The translations under genes and the position numbers were made by a program. Under the pieces are notes generated by a model. That model made no database searches. It was given only the letters and a program-made list of their open reading frames with translations, and was not told the origin of the DNA. DNA of 64,000 nt from Felis catus (Eukaryota): the NCBI RefSeq assembly GCF_018350175.1, contig NC_058368.1, forward strand, positions 93,994,001 to 94,058,000. Reading direction: 5' to 3'. Shown here piece after piece: positions 1 through 13,514 of the stretch; position 1 is the stretch's first letter; every line of letters starts with the position of its first letter.

Positions 1-68
1 TTTTTTTTTGTTTTTTCTGACTATCTGTCCTTCTTAGTGTTTTGATCATCAAAATATTTCTTCAGATC

Positions 69-262
69 GGGGTGCCTGGGTCGCTCAGTCGGTTAAGCAT
101 CCGACTCTTGATGCCGGCTCAGGTCATGATCTCACAGTTCCTGGGTTCGAGCTCCACGTTGGGCCCTGTGCTGATAGTGCAGAGCCTGCTTGGGATTCTC
201 TCTCTCCCTCTCTCTCTGCCCCTCCTGCCCTCTCTCTCTCAAAATAAATAAACTTAAAAAAA
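69..262 (+). mobile_element. CAN-SINE
   Basis: tRNA-like head with A/B boxes, (CT)n tract and A tail; TSD atatttcttcagatc at 54-68 and 264-278. Confidence 0.92.
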
Positions 263-838
263 TATATTTCTTCAGATCAACTATGGTGATAACAAATTCA
301 TTTTGAGTTGTTAACATTGTCAATATCCTTGGAACAACAGAAGTGAGCACCATTCGTGAAGTGCCAAGGTATATTTTGGACATTCTTCCTATCCAGGCAA
401 CTCGAGCCACTGAGGACCACCGCAGCACTGTCCCGTACACCCATCTCATTCTACAGCCTGGTCCTCATTTACAGTCAAGAGAGCCCTTTCTATCTCAGGT
501 GTGCAGGAGACTTTAGAAGTGGACAGAATCCAGGGAGGGACAGAGAACTAAGCACCAGGAGAAAGCTACCCCACCCTGTGTAACTGTCTTGGCATAACTA
601 CAGTTTTTGGAAGAAAAGCAGCATCCCGAAAGGTTACCTAGGGGGCTGACACCACCCTGAAACATCTTCAGCCTGTTGGTGAAAACAGAAAAGTGAAGGA
701 CTGGGCTGTAATTATCCAGATAACTCAGATCTCAAAACAACTTTGCCTGACCACTAAGGCAAAAGGTAAGAAACAAAGACCTTTACACAATTCAAACAAT
801 TGTTTTAGTCATTTTTTGCATGTGCAGACCTATTTAAA

Positions 839-1056
839 TTTTTTTTAATGTTTACTTATTTTTGAGAGAGAAAGAGAGAGAGAGACAGATCACAAGTGGG
901 GGAGGGGCAAAGAGAGAGGGAAGCACAGAATCCAAAGCAGGCTGCAAGCTCTGAGCCATCAGCACAGAACCCAACATGGGGCTCAAACCCACAAACCATA
1001 AGATCATGACCTGAGCCGAAGTCAGTCGCTTAACCAACTGAGCCACCCAGGTTTCC
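839..1056 (-). mobile_element. CAN-SINE
   Basis: Reverse SINE; TSD atgtgcagac(c/a)tatttaaa at 820-838 and 1060-1078. Confidence 0.92.
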
Positions 1057-1235
1057 TGAATGTGCAGACATATTTAAACCCTGGAGTCAAGGAGGATGGG
1101 GCTGGGGGTTACTTCTTCTAAGCAAAGCACAGTGGCTACTGCATGCAGCTATCAGACCCAAGCACTAGTGTCAATGAAGCAACTGACCCTGAATAGAGAG
1201 AGGATTCTATTTAAACAAAATAAAGAATCACATCA

Positions 1236-1454
1236 GGGGTGCCTGGGTGGCTCCATTGGTTAAGCGTCCGACTCTTGATTTTTGGCTCAGGTCATGATCT
1301 CATGGTTTGTGGGATCGAGCCCCATGTCAGGCTCTGCGTTGACAGCACAGAGCCTGCTTGGGATTCTTTGTCTCCTTCTTTCTCTGCCCCTCCCTTGCTT
1401 GCTCTGTCTCTCAAAATAAATAAATAAACATGAAAAAAAAACTAAAAAAAAAAA
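1236..1454 (+). mobile_element. CAN-SINE
   Basis: ggggtgcctgggtggctc head, CT tract, A tail. Confidence 0.9.
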
Positions 1455-2010
1455 TTGCATTCGCTTCTTTTTGTCTATTAAAAGATCATTAGTGTGAGAT
1501 AAGAGCTGGAAACAGCATAAAGAAAGTTAGATTTAAATAAAAGTTGTTTGATGAGATAGTTCCAGGAATCAGAGACCCAAGTAAACACACCAAAATGTCA
1601 GTAGTTGTTACGTCTGGATAGTGCAATAGTAATGATGCTCATTCTTTCCAAATCTTCAAAATTATGCATACACTATGTATTTAATCCTTTTTAAAGGCAG
1701 AAAAATTTACTCTCAAATGATATATCAGTATATAGATATTTCTTTTTAATGCATTTAAAATGTTCACCCCTTCAGTAAATATTTACAGTTCATTAGGCAC
1801 AAGATGATATCTAAGACACAGGAGTCCAAAAAGATGCCTGAGATATGATCCTTTCCTCAAGAAGTGCACAACTGAATGAACAACATTTAGCAACAAATGA
1901 TGTCATTACAAATACTACAAAAGGCATAAAGTGTTGTTAGAGGTATGTATGTTGAGAGAAACTACTCATTTTGTGAGGAAAGAAATGTGAATGCCAATGT
2001 ACACACATGA

Positions 2011-2205
2011 TTTTTTTTTAAGAGAGAGAGAGGGAGAGAGTGTGTGGGAGGGAGGGGCAGAGAGAGAGAGATGGGGGGAGAGAGAGAGAATCTTAAGCAG
2101 ACTCCCCACCCCACAAGGAGCCCAACTCGGGGCTCAATCTCACAACCCTTAGATAATGACCTGAGCTGAAGCCAAGTCTTAACTGACTGAGCCACCCAAG
2201 TGCCC
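2011..2205 (-). mobile_element. CAN-SINE
   Basis: Reverse SINE with (AG)n tract and gactgagccaccc end. Confidence 0.9.
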
Positions 2206-2507
2206 AGCACTTGTGATTCTTGGATGCATGAAATTTGTTGTTGTGAGAGGGGTGAGCGGTTGAGGAAGAGGTGAAGGAAGCACATTGCATCAGAGGGAAG
2301 AAAAACAAAGATGTACCCACCGAGTGGTTAAAGTTTGTTGATAATCTCAGTTCAGTGGTGTCCTCAATTTCTTAATATATAACCCAGGGACCAAAAATAT
2401 CACTCGTGCATATTTGTGTAACAAAGTCCTCCTTAGGATTAAAACACATCAAAAAAGTCACAACCACTGAATTTTCTAATGAAACAAATCAGGATGAACG
2501 ACGTTAT

Positions 2508-2877
2508 GTGTTACCAGTCCATTTGGGCTGCAATCACGAAACACCACCAGGCTGGGTGGCTTATAAACAGTAGAAATTCATTCCTCACATTTCTGGAGGC
2601 TGCAAGTCCAAGGGCAAGGCATCAGCACATTCAGCATCTGGTGAGAGCCCACTTCCTGGTTGACAGACTGATGGCCGTCTCCTCCCAGTGTCCTCACTTG
2701 GCAGAAGGGATGAGCAAACTCTCTGAGGTTTCTTTACAAACACAATAATCCCATTCCTGAGGCTCCGCCCTCAAGACCTATCCACTTTCCAAAGTCCCCA
2801 CCTCCCAATATCATCACAGTGGGGATTAGGTTTCAACATGGGAATTTTAGAGGGATACAAACATTCAGTCTATAGTG
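2508..2877 (-). mobile_element. MaLR (MLT1-type) solo LTR
   Basis: Typical MLT1 text: gggctgc...ctgggtggcttataaac...ctcacatttctggaggctg...acaaacattcagtctatag. Confidence 0.8.
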
Positions 2878-2989
2878 TTATGTCCTAGTATTTGTAAACA
2901 GCAGGCTAAAAAGTTAGGGGGGTGCCTAGCCATGTTCTGAATATCAGAGCCAGTCCCCCCCCCAAAAAAACCTGCTTTTTCTTTCTAAT

Positions 2990-3201
2990 TTTTTAATGTT
3001 TGTATCTATTTTTTAGAGACAGAGAGAGACAGTGCGTGAGCCAGGTAGGGGCAGAGAGAGAGGGAGACACAGAATCCGAAGCAGGCTCCAGACTCTGAGC
3101 TGTTAGCCCCAAGCCCAACGTGGGGCTCGAACTTACAAACCATGAGATCATGACCTGAGCCAAAGTCGGAGGCTTAACCGACTGAGCCACCCAGGCACCC
3201 C
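2990..3201 (-). mobile_element. CAN-SINE
   Basis: Reverse feliform-type SINE. Confidence 0.92.
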
Positions 3202-3850
3202 AAGAACTATTTCTATTAAGCATTGCACCCTTTAGAGGTTAGGACTAGCCACACAAAAATCCTCTTTCTTTTGATGAATGGGAACATTCTCTCCTAGACT
3301 TGTGGTCAATTTCCAATCAAAGATTCTTAGCAGAGTGGCGTCTACACTGCGTTCTGAGACCTGCCTCTCCACCAACACTGGGAACACTTGTTGGCAGCCT
3401 CTGGGATGTGGTTTACATTCAGGAGATTCATTTACAAGGAAGTAGTTCCGTTTATCTCTGGCTGCGTTGCAGCTTAATCCCATGAAATTACTGACTTAAT
3501 ATTAAGTGGAGTTTATATCTACTGACCTAAATGTAGGCTGACCGAAAAAACAAAACAAAACAAAACAAAAAAAGAGGAAGCATGTTTACTGTTGGCTTCA
3601 GACATACACAGACAGGCTGATAGCCCTCAGGCTTTGACGGAAGCCAGCTTGTAGGGTCAGAGATAAGTGGTTGCAGAGAATCCCTCCTGATCCAGCTACT
3701 TGGGTGGCATTTCTGTGTCCTGGGGAGAAAAAGCCTTGTATTCTGGGACTGATAGAGCTCCCCGCAAACCCTGCTCCAGAACCGACACAGTCCTCTGTGC
3801 AGAGGGTGGTGTGGCCCGCGTTAGCATTCTTACTACACAAAGGTGGGAGC

Positions 3851-4353
3851 TGAGAGATAGTCAAGCATCCTGGGGAAGACTTTTGTTCAATATAAGGATG
3901 ACTTTTTGGTTTATAACCTACTGGAAATGTGAACAAACCATTCCCCCCCGCCCCCAAGTGGAGTCCTAAACCTTTAGACACTTCACTTCCTGGTTCTTCT
4001 TCTTTCCCCTCTCCGTTTCCAGGGCTTATTTTCACGGGCTTTGCAATGAGCATGCGCCAGAGAATAAAGGGAGGAGGGACTGAAAGTTTCTGCGTCAGCT
4101 CTGGGAATGTTTGTTTGTTGCCCCTTCCGTGGGCATAGGACCTCCAGGTAAGGCTGCAACGTGGTAGAACTCAGCCAATGAAGAAGCAGGGGAGGGACTT
4201 CATGCTAGGAGATACATGGTCTGCTGTGACTGCCCCTGAGTCTGCCTGTCCAGACACCTGATCTTGTAAAAAGGTTGATTAAAGCCTCGCTTCACTGTGC
4301 TCCGGGTGTCCGCGTCCCTCCTTCGACTGGGGACAGTGGGCTTATTTCTCACA
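3851..4353 (+). mobile_element. Probable ERV solo LTR
   Basis: TGAGA...TCTCACA termini, internal CCAAT (~4176) and ATTAAA (4278) in LTR order. No clear TSD, and the start is uncertain. Confidence 0.5.
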
Positions 4354-4483
4354 ATAAGCCCCCCCCCCCCCCCCCCAGCACTGGAAGGAGTTAAGCATCT
4401 CCAATGCTGGATGGAGAGCAGTCTGACCAGCCTCTAAGGTTCCCTTCCAGGGTTCTATGCTTCTAGCTAAAAAGTGGGCTCAA

Positions 4484-4694
4484 GGCGCCTGGGTGGCTCC
4501 GTGGGTTGAGCATCGGACTTCGGCTCAGGTCATGATCTCGAGGTTCGTGGGTTCGAGCCCCACGTGGGGCTCTGTGCTGACACTGTGGAGCCTGCTTGGG
4601 ATTCTCGGGATTCCCCCACCACACCCTCTCTGCCCTTCCCCTTATCTCTCTCTCTCTCAAAATAAATAAATAAACTCTCAAAAAAAAAAAAAAA
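4484..4694 (+). mobile_element. CAN-SINE
   Basis: SINE head, CT tract, A tail. Confidence 0.9.
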
Positions 4695-5544
4695 CCAGCA
4701 AAAAAAGAAGACCCTATGTCGATCACGACTCCACACTGGTGTTCCACACCTTAATTATTTCACAGGGAGCCTTGCTCACACTCACTGGGACCTTACCCGT
4801 CACGATTGAAGGGCACACTGCCCTCCCTTCGCCCCCAAGATTTCTTTTACGTGAATTTGGTTACACAACTTGACAATCTTCCTACTTGTCCTGTCTTTCA
4901 CGTCACTTACAAATTCACTTGCCTCTCTCTTCCATGGCTTTCTTAGCCTTCTGCATCTCTGTGAATATCTTGCTTAAATTGTGGGTTCTGATTTCAACCA
5001 AGGAGGCAAGAGACTTACTGTGCAAGTACCATGTTGGAGGTGCTAAAAAAAAAAAAAAAAAAAAGATAGGAAAAAGAAGAAAACAGGACACCCTCTCCTT
5101 CTTTTCCTACCCTCCCAAATGCACCCCGATCAATCTCCGTGTGTCAAACGTGAGGCCAGACCCTGCTCAGGGACTCTGTCAGCCTGGCCCCCTTGGCTGG
5201 ATGGGTGCCTTGTGTTTGATCTGGACTTCCATCATTTCTCCTGACGTCAAATCACAGGTCGAAGGGCGGCACAATTTCAGTGAACCGTGAACACTTTGGA
5301 AGACAGAAAGAGCAGCATGAACTGAATATGGGCCTTCAAAAAAGTGCACAAGATGTGTAGGTGTTATTTTAAAGCATATGCAAAGAAAATGTGTAAAATG
5401 TGTACAGAAAGGAGCAGTGTGACCTTGAATGAGTATCTGTGTCACATCAAGCATCTGCCTGAGAAAGTCATGGGAACCATTTCCCATCTAATGTCCTTTT
5501 TTTTTTTTAAGTGGATGGTTAATTTTCAGAGTCCCTTGGCACAT

Positions 5545-5752
5545 TTATTTTATTTTTAATGTTTATTTTTGAGACACAGAGACAAAGTGCAAGTGGGGAA
5601 GGGGCTAAGAGAGAAATACACAGAATCCAAGGCAGTCTCCAGTCTCCAAGCTGTCAGCACAGAGCCCGATGCGGGGCTCAAACCCACAGACCGTGAGATC
5701 ATGACCTGCGCTGAAATCAGATGCGTAACAGACTGAGCCACCCAGGCACCCC
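5545..5752 (-). mobile_element. CAN-SINE
   Basis: Reverse SINE. Confidence 0.9.
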
Positions 5753-5835
5753 ATTTCTAAGGCTTTCTTTTGCTGAATAGGCAAGCGGGAGTTTTACTAA
5801 AGCCAGGGTTTGTTACTAAAACGATACAATTTAAC

Positions 5836-6110
5836 TGTGTCTCAGCTAGGATTCCTCCATCACAAGCCATAGAAACTAACACCAGCCAACTCAGCAAGAA
5901 AAGGGATTTCTTGAGAGGATATGGTAGCTGATACTCACAAAGAAACAGCTGAAGTACCAGGTCTCACCAGGGACAGGAATTAGGCTACTCTGGGGATCTA
6001 AGTAGTTGAAATCAAGAGGGAGTCTCTTCACGATGACACTGAGTTTAACAGGTTTCAGTCATTTTTTTTTCTCTGTACTCAATCCACAGAGACAGCATCT
6101 GATTGCCCTA
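5836..6110 (-). mobile_element. Ancient MaLR (MLT1J/K-like) LTR fragment
   Basis: tcagctaggattc...caagccatagaaac...aactcagcaagaaaagggattt pattern. Confidence 0.5.
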
Positions 6111-6333
6111 CTTTACTGAATGTTTGCAGAGCAGTCCCACTAAGGGCGAAACCCCGTGGAAGAGGGGTGAGTCTACCCAAGAGAATCACGAAGCTGCTAC
6201 CAGAAGACAAGAGCGGATGGTGTTGGGGGGTGGGGGTGGCACCGGGTGGATACTGATGGAAGGTGTTTTCAACTTACTTTGAAGTGTTAATTTGATGACA
6301 GTGACTAATTTAATACATTAAGAAAAGCCTCTT

Positions 6334-6552
6334 GGGGCGCCTGGGTGGCTCAGTCGGTTCAGCCTCTGACTTCAGCTCAGGTCACAATCTCACAGTTCAC
6401 AAGTTCGAGCCCAGCGTCGGGCTCTGTGCTGACAGCTCAGAGCCTGGAGGCTGCTTCGGATTCTATGCCTCCCTCTCTCTCTGTCCCTCCCCCCGCCCAT
6501 ACTGTCTCTCTCTCTGTCTCTCAAAATTAAATAAACATTAAAAAAAAAAAAA
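6334..6552 (+). mobile_element. CAN-SINE
   Basis: Full SINE; TSD aaaagc(c/t)tctt. Confidence 0.92.
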
Positions 6553-7379
6553 GCTTCTTGCACTCTGCATTGACTTAGCCATCAAAACGCTGACTCTGCA
6601 CAGGGGTTGTCTTGAATTCTCACAGGAGGGAATATTCTGTGTGCCACTGAACATTCACACTCCTTAGGGACACATAGGCTGCATATTGTTACTCGCCACC
6701 CCCTGCTGCACTATCGTTATTTTAGGGAGAAACAGGTACTCCGAACACGGATGGATAGACTGTCTTAACTGTTTCCTCCCCTGAGTCTCTCAATAGGCTA
6801 ACATTTTTTAAGTTGGCTTTTGCATTGTGGGTTTGGTTTTTATTTTCTGTCTGAACCACTGCCATTTGCAGAGTTCATCTATTTCTGCCTTTGCATTTTT
6901 TTTTTCTTTCTTTCCTTTTAAAGATCCTGACAGCTAAGGGAATATTTGCTCTTCCCTTTGTGAGACAAAATTACCATGGTAATCTAAAAGAAAACATTGT
7001 AAAGCTTCAGTTTTTCAAATCCCATCGTTCCCTCACAAGTGCACCGGGGACTGTCAGTCACTGAGGCTGCTGTGTTTCCCTGTGTGGCAGAAATGACAAG
7101 GGGCCATCAGCCAGGGTGGGTTTTGTTTCGTAACTGCTGAGGAAGTGACAAGTTGCCAAGCACTATGTTTAGAGTCCCCGAGTCGTTCCGCCCTCCCACG
7201 CATCATCCGACCCATCAGCCATCCTTCAGGAACCGCCTCTGAACTCGAGTCTGCACCCCTCTACTTCTGTCTCTGTTACCCGAGCCCTGGGGGCAGCCAC
7301 CACTGTCTCTCAGCTGGACGACAGTAAGAGCCTCCTCAAGTTCTTCAGTCCCCACTCACAGCCACCCCTTCTCCTCTCC

Positions 7380-7573
7380 GGACGCCTGGGTGGCTCAATC
7401 AGTTGAGGGTCCCACTCTTGGTTTCGGTTCAGGTCACGATCTCATGGTTTTGTGAGTTCGAGCCCTGCATCAGCCTCTGCACTGACAGTGTGGAACCTGC
7501 TTGGGATTCTCTCTCTGCCCCTGCCCGCCCCCCTCTCTCTCTCAAAATAAATAAACCTAAAAAAAAAAAAAAA
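7380..7573 (+). mobile_element. CAN-SINE
   Basis: SINE head to A tail. Confidence 0.9.
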
Positions 7574-7608
7574 TCTCCCAGTCCCCACTCACAACCACCC
7601 CTTCTCCA

Positions 7609-7807
7609 GGTGCCTGGGTGGCTCAGTCTGTTGAGCACCTGACTCTTTATTTCAGCCCAGGTCATGATCCCATGACCGAGCCCCACATTGGCTCTGCACC
7701 TGCTTGGGATTCTCTCTCTCTCTCCCTCTGCCCCTCTCCCCAGCTTGCTCTCTCTGTCTGTCTCTCTCTCTCCCTCTTTCAAATAAAAAATAAAATAAAA
7801 TAAAAAA
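7609..7807 (+). mobile_element. CAN-SINE
   Basis: SINE head to (TAAAA)n tail. Confidence 0.9.
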
Positions 7808-8435
7808 CCAACCACCGTTTCTCCAGGCAGCAGCCAGAGTTATCTTTCAGTAACATACTGCATATCAACTGGAGGTCAGCCCCCTCTAATGGTATCCCAT
7901 CACACCCAGAATAAAATCCAAACTTACCCCAGCCGACAGCCACCAAGGCCTGATGCGATGCACCTGACAACCTGTCCCACTCCTCAGCTACGTGTCCTTG
8001 CCATTCCTTAAATAAGCAAGCCGGAGCCCTGCCTCAGGGCCTTGTCAATCTGTCTGTCTTCCTAAGGCTGGACAGCTCCCCCTTCTCTCTCCTCTCTCTC
8101 TCCCTCTCCTGTCTCAGTGCAGATGGCAGATCCTTGGAGCAGCTGTAGGGATCGATCGCCCACCCTAAACTGCCACCACGGTCCCATTCCTACTCCTTCT
8201 CCACTCCTCCACATTGCTTGTATGTTTCTCCTTCAGGACATGTATTCCTATCTGAAATTATTTTATGGAGGTCAGTCTTCCACTGGAAGGTAAGAGCCGT
8301 GACAATGGGAAATTTGTGTGCCCCTGCTGCCCCTCCTCTAACTCCTCACCCATCACACGGTAAGCTCTCCATCAAGACTTGTTGGAGGAATGAATTCTCG
8401 GGAATACAATGTTGTTGTTGTTTCCCCATGAGCTA

Positions 8436-8669
8436 TTTATTTTTTTTAATGTTTATTTTTTTTATGAGAGACAGAGCGTGAGTGAGGGAGGGGCAGAGAG
8501 AGAGAGAGAGAGAGAGATTGAGAGAGAGACAGAACCCGAAGCAGGCTGCAGGCTCCAGGCTCCGAGCTGTCAGCACAGAGCCCAACGTGGGGCTTGAACC
8601 CACGAACCATGAGATCATGACCTGAGCCGAAGTCGGTGGCTCAACCGACCTTTCCCCCCAGGGCGCCCC
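8436..8669 (-). mobile_element. CAN-SINE
   Basis: Reverse SINE; TSD cccatgagcta. Confidence 0.92.
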
Positions 8670-9169
8670 TCCCATGAGCTAGTTATGGACCCAGTTCTCC
8701 TAACAGGGGAGATTCCTGCAGAAGGGATGTGTGACAATGTGGTACAGTAACAGAAGCGCAGTTGGAAGGGTCCCTGGAGCCTCGATCGTTTCACGTGGGC
8801 TCCTCCATCGCACCACACCGCCCGGTCACTGAAAGACTGGCAGTGACTCCCTCCTGTCTGTACTTTAAAGGTCTTTGGCAGGAACACATGGTCACTGGAG
8901 GACGTGATAGGACGCCCCTGTTCTTTAGCAGAGTTAGTAACCAGAGCTCAAGGCTGTCTGAAAAATCCGGGCCTGTGTCTTAACTGTACAGAATCTCCCC
9001 ACTCTCCTCAGCTGCTGTGGCCTAATGCTGAGCCTACTAACCTCTAAAGACAGCCTGGGGTGGCGATCAGTCCTAAGTGCGACGGCGGGAAGTCTGCATT
9101 CTGAGTCAGAAAAGGTAGGTTTGAAGTTAAGAGTGCGGCCGCTTCACAGCCTGGGGACTTGGGTCCAGT

Positions 9170-9305
9170 TTCCGATGAACTGATTGCCTTATCTGTCTGT
9201 ACAGGAGAGATAAGGCTGCCTACCTCACAGGTTCTGCTTGGGGAGTGGGCAGGCAAGCTAGGGCTCCCCTCCGGGCACTGAAGAGTTCAGTGCATGTTAG
9301 TTTCT
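9170..9305 (+). mobile_element. MIR fragment
   Basis: atctgt...ggagagataagg...cctacctcacaggtt core-like text. Confidence 0.4.
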
Positions 9306-9375
9306 TCCCATCCTGCAAACTCTGTGGCTCTTTTCCCCTTGTCCTTCAGGCAGTCAGGAAAGGATTGCATATGCA

Positions 9376-9565
9376 GGGGCGCCTGGGTGGTTCAGTTGGT
9401 TAAGCGTACAACTCTTGGTTTCCGCTCAGGTCACGATCTCATGGTTTGTGAGTTCGAGCCCCGCATGCAGCTCCGGGCTGACACTGCGGAGCCTGCTTGG
9501 GATTCTGTCTCCCTCTCTCGCTCTCTCAAAATAAATAAATAAATTACAAAAAAAAAAAAAAAAAA
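9376..9565 (+). mobile_element. CAN-SINE
   Basis: SINE head to A tail. Confidence 0.9.
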
Positions 9566-10329
9566 GATTCCACATGCCATATATGCTTTTCCAGCATCAA
9601 TATATAGGCTTTTGAGGTGTGTTTTCTTAGCCTCACATAATCGGATGAGTTATGGCTAATCAGCCAGAGATATGGTCTTATTTGGATAGTAACAGCTTTA
9701 GATTTTTCAAACACATTGCCTGTGCTGCATTTTATTCTCGGTGCATCACTAAAATGACAGGCTGCTTTCCTGAGAATGTATCAGGAATTCTGTTTCTTAG
9801 CAACACCCCTCCCACAGGCAATAAAAGACAGAACACAATTCCCTTTGGGCATTAGGGGCCTGCTCATAATACGGAAAATGCGGCCAATTTCCCCATAGAG
9901 GCAGAATTAGAAATCAGTTCTCTACCTCTGAAAGACAATACAATCGAGACCCTTCAAAGTAAAGCGTTTAAAAAGTTTAGCACATTTCTCATGCCAGCAC
10001 CTGCTGTCATGGGGCTTATTTTTAAAGGTGTTGCGAAATTTTAATGTAGTCGGTCTCCCAAGCTTGCTCTGCCTGATCCAAAATTAAGAATGAAGTTTTT
10101 CTGATGCTGAGCTCTTTCCTGTTACTACCTCCAAGTTCACCTTTCAGGGAAGTATAACAACTTACTAGTTTCCAATACCAGCTGCCCTCTTCAGTTTTAT
10201 AATCTCAATTTCAGAAAATAAAAATTTCACATTTTTTGATCAAGGATACCATAAGCTCAGTGTGCACGTCAAAGGTGAAATCCAAGTAAATCTAGTATTT
10301 ATCTTCTCATCTATTCCACCAGATACTAA

Positions 10330-10540
10330 TACAAGCTACTACATTTATTAAGAAATTATTATGGGCCAGGTGATCCACTTAGCATGTTAAGTCCTTTTTT
10401 TCACCCCTCATAAAATCCTTGTAAGATAGGTATTATTAATTCTCATTAAGTGTAGAACGGAGGCTTCAAAAGAGGTAAGTAACCACCTCAAGGTCACACA
10501 GCGAATAATAGACTCGTGCACTTAAGTAATACATTAATCT
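10330..10540 (-). mobile_element. MIR
   Basis: agataggtattattaattctcatt...ggaggct...aggtaagtaacc...caaggtcacacagc. Confidence 0.65.
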
Positions 10541-11514
10541 TTAGTCTCTAATATTTTACTGATTAGTTCCCTTTGTTATTCTGTGTTCTGCTCATCACTG
10601 CCTTTGACCTCGTTTGCTGAATCTAACTGAGTGAATACATAAAGCCACACGCAATTTTACATTTCCAGAAAAGGCAGTATTCAGTAGTTACCTAAGACAC
10701 GTGAACATATTTACAATTAATACTAAATCCTTTAACACTGTAATTGTATGCTACAGAGAAGATATACTGAATGAATCCAACGCAGTCAGAAAATCCAACC
10801 AACCAAACAAAAAAACTCCAAAGGGCTTTGACTTATTTTCTGAAGAGATCCGTGTCTCAACCACCAGAGCCAAACTATTTTTTCAGCTGTTTGATAATCA
10901 GGGCCATCTACGACGTCTTCTTGGTGTGTCTGCGATTCTGTTGTGTCCTGTGCGTAACTAGGAAACTAGCAAGCAAAACAAATGCGGTCACGATTATTTA
11001 AAGTGTGTTCCCAGCTGATGGGTCTCATTTTTTCTCAGACATCTGACATTTGAATGACTATCCTATTCTATGACTAAAAACAGCCTTGTCATTATAATTT
11101 AATAAGCCATTCCTTAACTTCAGCACGAGCACTCCAGCAAATACACTATCTGGGATGCCGTTGACACAATCCAACAAAGTGCATTACCATTTAGCTCTAC
11201 ACTGAATAGTGTCTCCAGAGGGATCTCTCTGTCTCTGTGTGTGTGTGTACGTGTGTATCTATATAGATGTATCTGTAGCTCTCACTCTCTCTATACAAAA
11301 CATATGTCCGTGTATGTGTATATATACGTATATATTAAATGGAATGCTAGAATTGCAGCATTCCAGCCTAAATGGAAGGATGAAAGAGTATGCATTTCTT
11401 CTTTTAGCTTCCTTGAGATACCAGTCCATTGTTAGAGGTGTATGACATTGCCTTAAAAAATCATTAGACACTCAATGTTTCACAAACATGTAAATCGGAA
11501 TAAAAATAACACTT

Positions 11515-11710
11515 GGGGCCCCTGGGTGGCTCTGTCGGTTAAGCATCCGACTTTGGCTCAGGTCATGATCTCACAGTTGGTGGGTTTGAGTCCCGCGTGG
11601 GGCTCTGTGCTGACAGCTCGGAGCCTGGAGCCTGCTTCGGGTTCTGCGTCTCCCTCTCTCTCTGCCCCTCCCCTGCTCTTACTCTTTCTCAAAAATAAAC
11701 ATTTTTTTAA
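11515..11710 (+). mobile_element. CAN-SINE
   Basis: Feliform-type SINE. Confidence 0.92.
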
Positions 11711-12899
11711 AAAGAATAAAAATAAAACTTTTACACCAACATAACCCATGAGTGAGTTTTTCTAGTGGGGAAAGTACACTAGATAAATCTTCACCCTCTC
11801 TTTTACCCTGGACGCTGCAGGAAAGTTTCCTGGAGCTAGGTCTTCTACAGTCTGTGACTACAAAATGCAGACCTCTCTGTGGCTCAAAAGACTCTCAGCC
11901 TCAAATCTTGGCCTCGTTACAGGTTGCTCTGAGCAACTTTGTTTTCTATTGTGGCAGAGGAAAAACAGGGTCCACATTCAGAAGCAAATCCCATGGGCAT
12001 TTCCAAGGTCGTATAGGACTCTCAGCACAATTAGAATTCTATGCTTTTCTGATCCATTAACAAGTATAACTAAGGAGAATATCAATATAAGAATAACCTT
12101 GAGTCACCTCTTATAAAACTGAAAACCCTTTAATATTGCTCTTGGACTTGTGACCCATCAGTTTGAAATGAGGCTGGTGGTCTCTCCTAGAGCTCTCTAA
12201 TGACAGACCCATGGAGATGGAAGATAAATCTACCAAGCTTGAGAGAAAGCTTTTAAATTATATAGCCAAGCTTGAAAGAAAGAAAAACTCTTTAAGTTTC
12301 AGAAACGAAGAGGAGAATTCAAAGCCAGAGTGTCAGTGTATAAGCTACTACCAGACATGGATGGGGGTAGGGGTGTCTAATGGCCAAGGACTAAGGGTTC
12401 AGCATCTACAGAAGGGCATCTCCTTGAGTCTCAGACCACGAGCTGGAACAGAATTCTACCCACAATGACAGGAACCCTGGGAAGACTCTTCATTAAGGAT
12501 AGGGGCCAAGAAAACTTCAGCCTCCTAGGCTCCTGATTTGTTGGCCGCCCCTTCCTCCACATCAGGCTAAATAACAAAATGTTCTCCTGTGAAACTAACT
12601 TGAGGCCCACATGTTGTGCATAGAATCCAAATTAATTTCGCCCTCTTCTTATAGAAGGCTCAAGCTGAAACTTTAATGTAAAAACGAGTTCTGGAACTCC
12701 TGGGGCCCTGGTTGCTCCGTAGGGATATTTCCTGGATGCACAGGTCTGGCACCAACCTGCTGAGGACAGCTATGAAAATAAAATGACAACCTCTAGGAGG
12801 AAAGGAGGCATGACCAAGAGAAAGCACCATGCACAGGAGAATTAGCACCCCATGAACTTGAAGACAGTCTAACTAAAAGGAATCATAAAGTAGGAATGT

Positions 12900-13490
12900 T
12901 AGTGTGATGATTGGGAGAAATTGAATAGGGAACAGGAAGACTTGAACAAAAGAAACTTCTGGAAATAAAAACAGAGGCAGTGGAATTTAAAAACTTAATA
13001 GGTAGGAGAGCAGATTTACCTAGGAGATAAGATAATTAGAGACTGGAGGAATGCTTCAGGAGGACTACAGAGTCTGGGACAGAGACAGTGAAGAGGTAAG
13101 AAAAGTTAAGAGGCAAAGAAGAAATCAGAAAAGTCTAACAATATGTCCGTCAGGAGTTCCGCAAGGAAAGAAGACAGAGAATGAGGAAGAAACAACACAC
13201 AAAGATACAATGGTGATGATTTTCTGGAACTGAAGAAAGACATGAGTCCACAGATTAAAAAATCCTACTGAGTCATAAGCGGGATAAAGAAATAAATTCC
13301 AACCTACTCACATCATAAAGAAACTGCAAAACGTTGCAGACGGAACATCTCAAATGAGAGAAGAAGAAAAAAACCCAAACCCATCACCCACAATGGAACA
13401 AAGAATGACAGAACTTCTCAGCAACATTAGAGGCCTGAAGACTATGGAACAGTGTCTTCAAAATGCTGAGGGGGAACGCTGTCCGTATAA
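12900..13490 (+). mobile_element. Old L1 ORF1 fragment
   Basis: A-rich; aagtctaacaatatg...ggagttcc, tttctggaactgaagaaagacatg and gtcttcaaaatgctgag are typical of L1M ORF1. Confidence 0.7.
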
Positions 13491-13514
13491 GAGCTATTAA
13501 TATATACATCTTTA

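Larger units (their letters stand above)
7150..8400 (+). mobile_element. L2 LINE relic interrupted by two SINEs
   Basis: L2 3' motifs cagcagccagagttatcttt, agaataaaatccaaact, cctgcctcagggcctt and ttgttggaggaatgaat. Confidence 0.65.

Noticed and set aside
69..160. tRNA-like A/B-box sequences at SINE heads
   Set aside because: They are tRNA-derived SINE heads followed by CT tracts and A tails, not tRNA genes.
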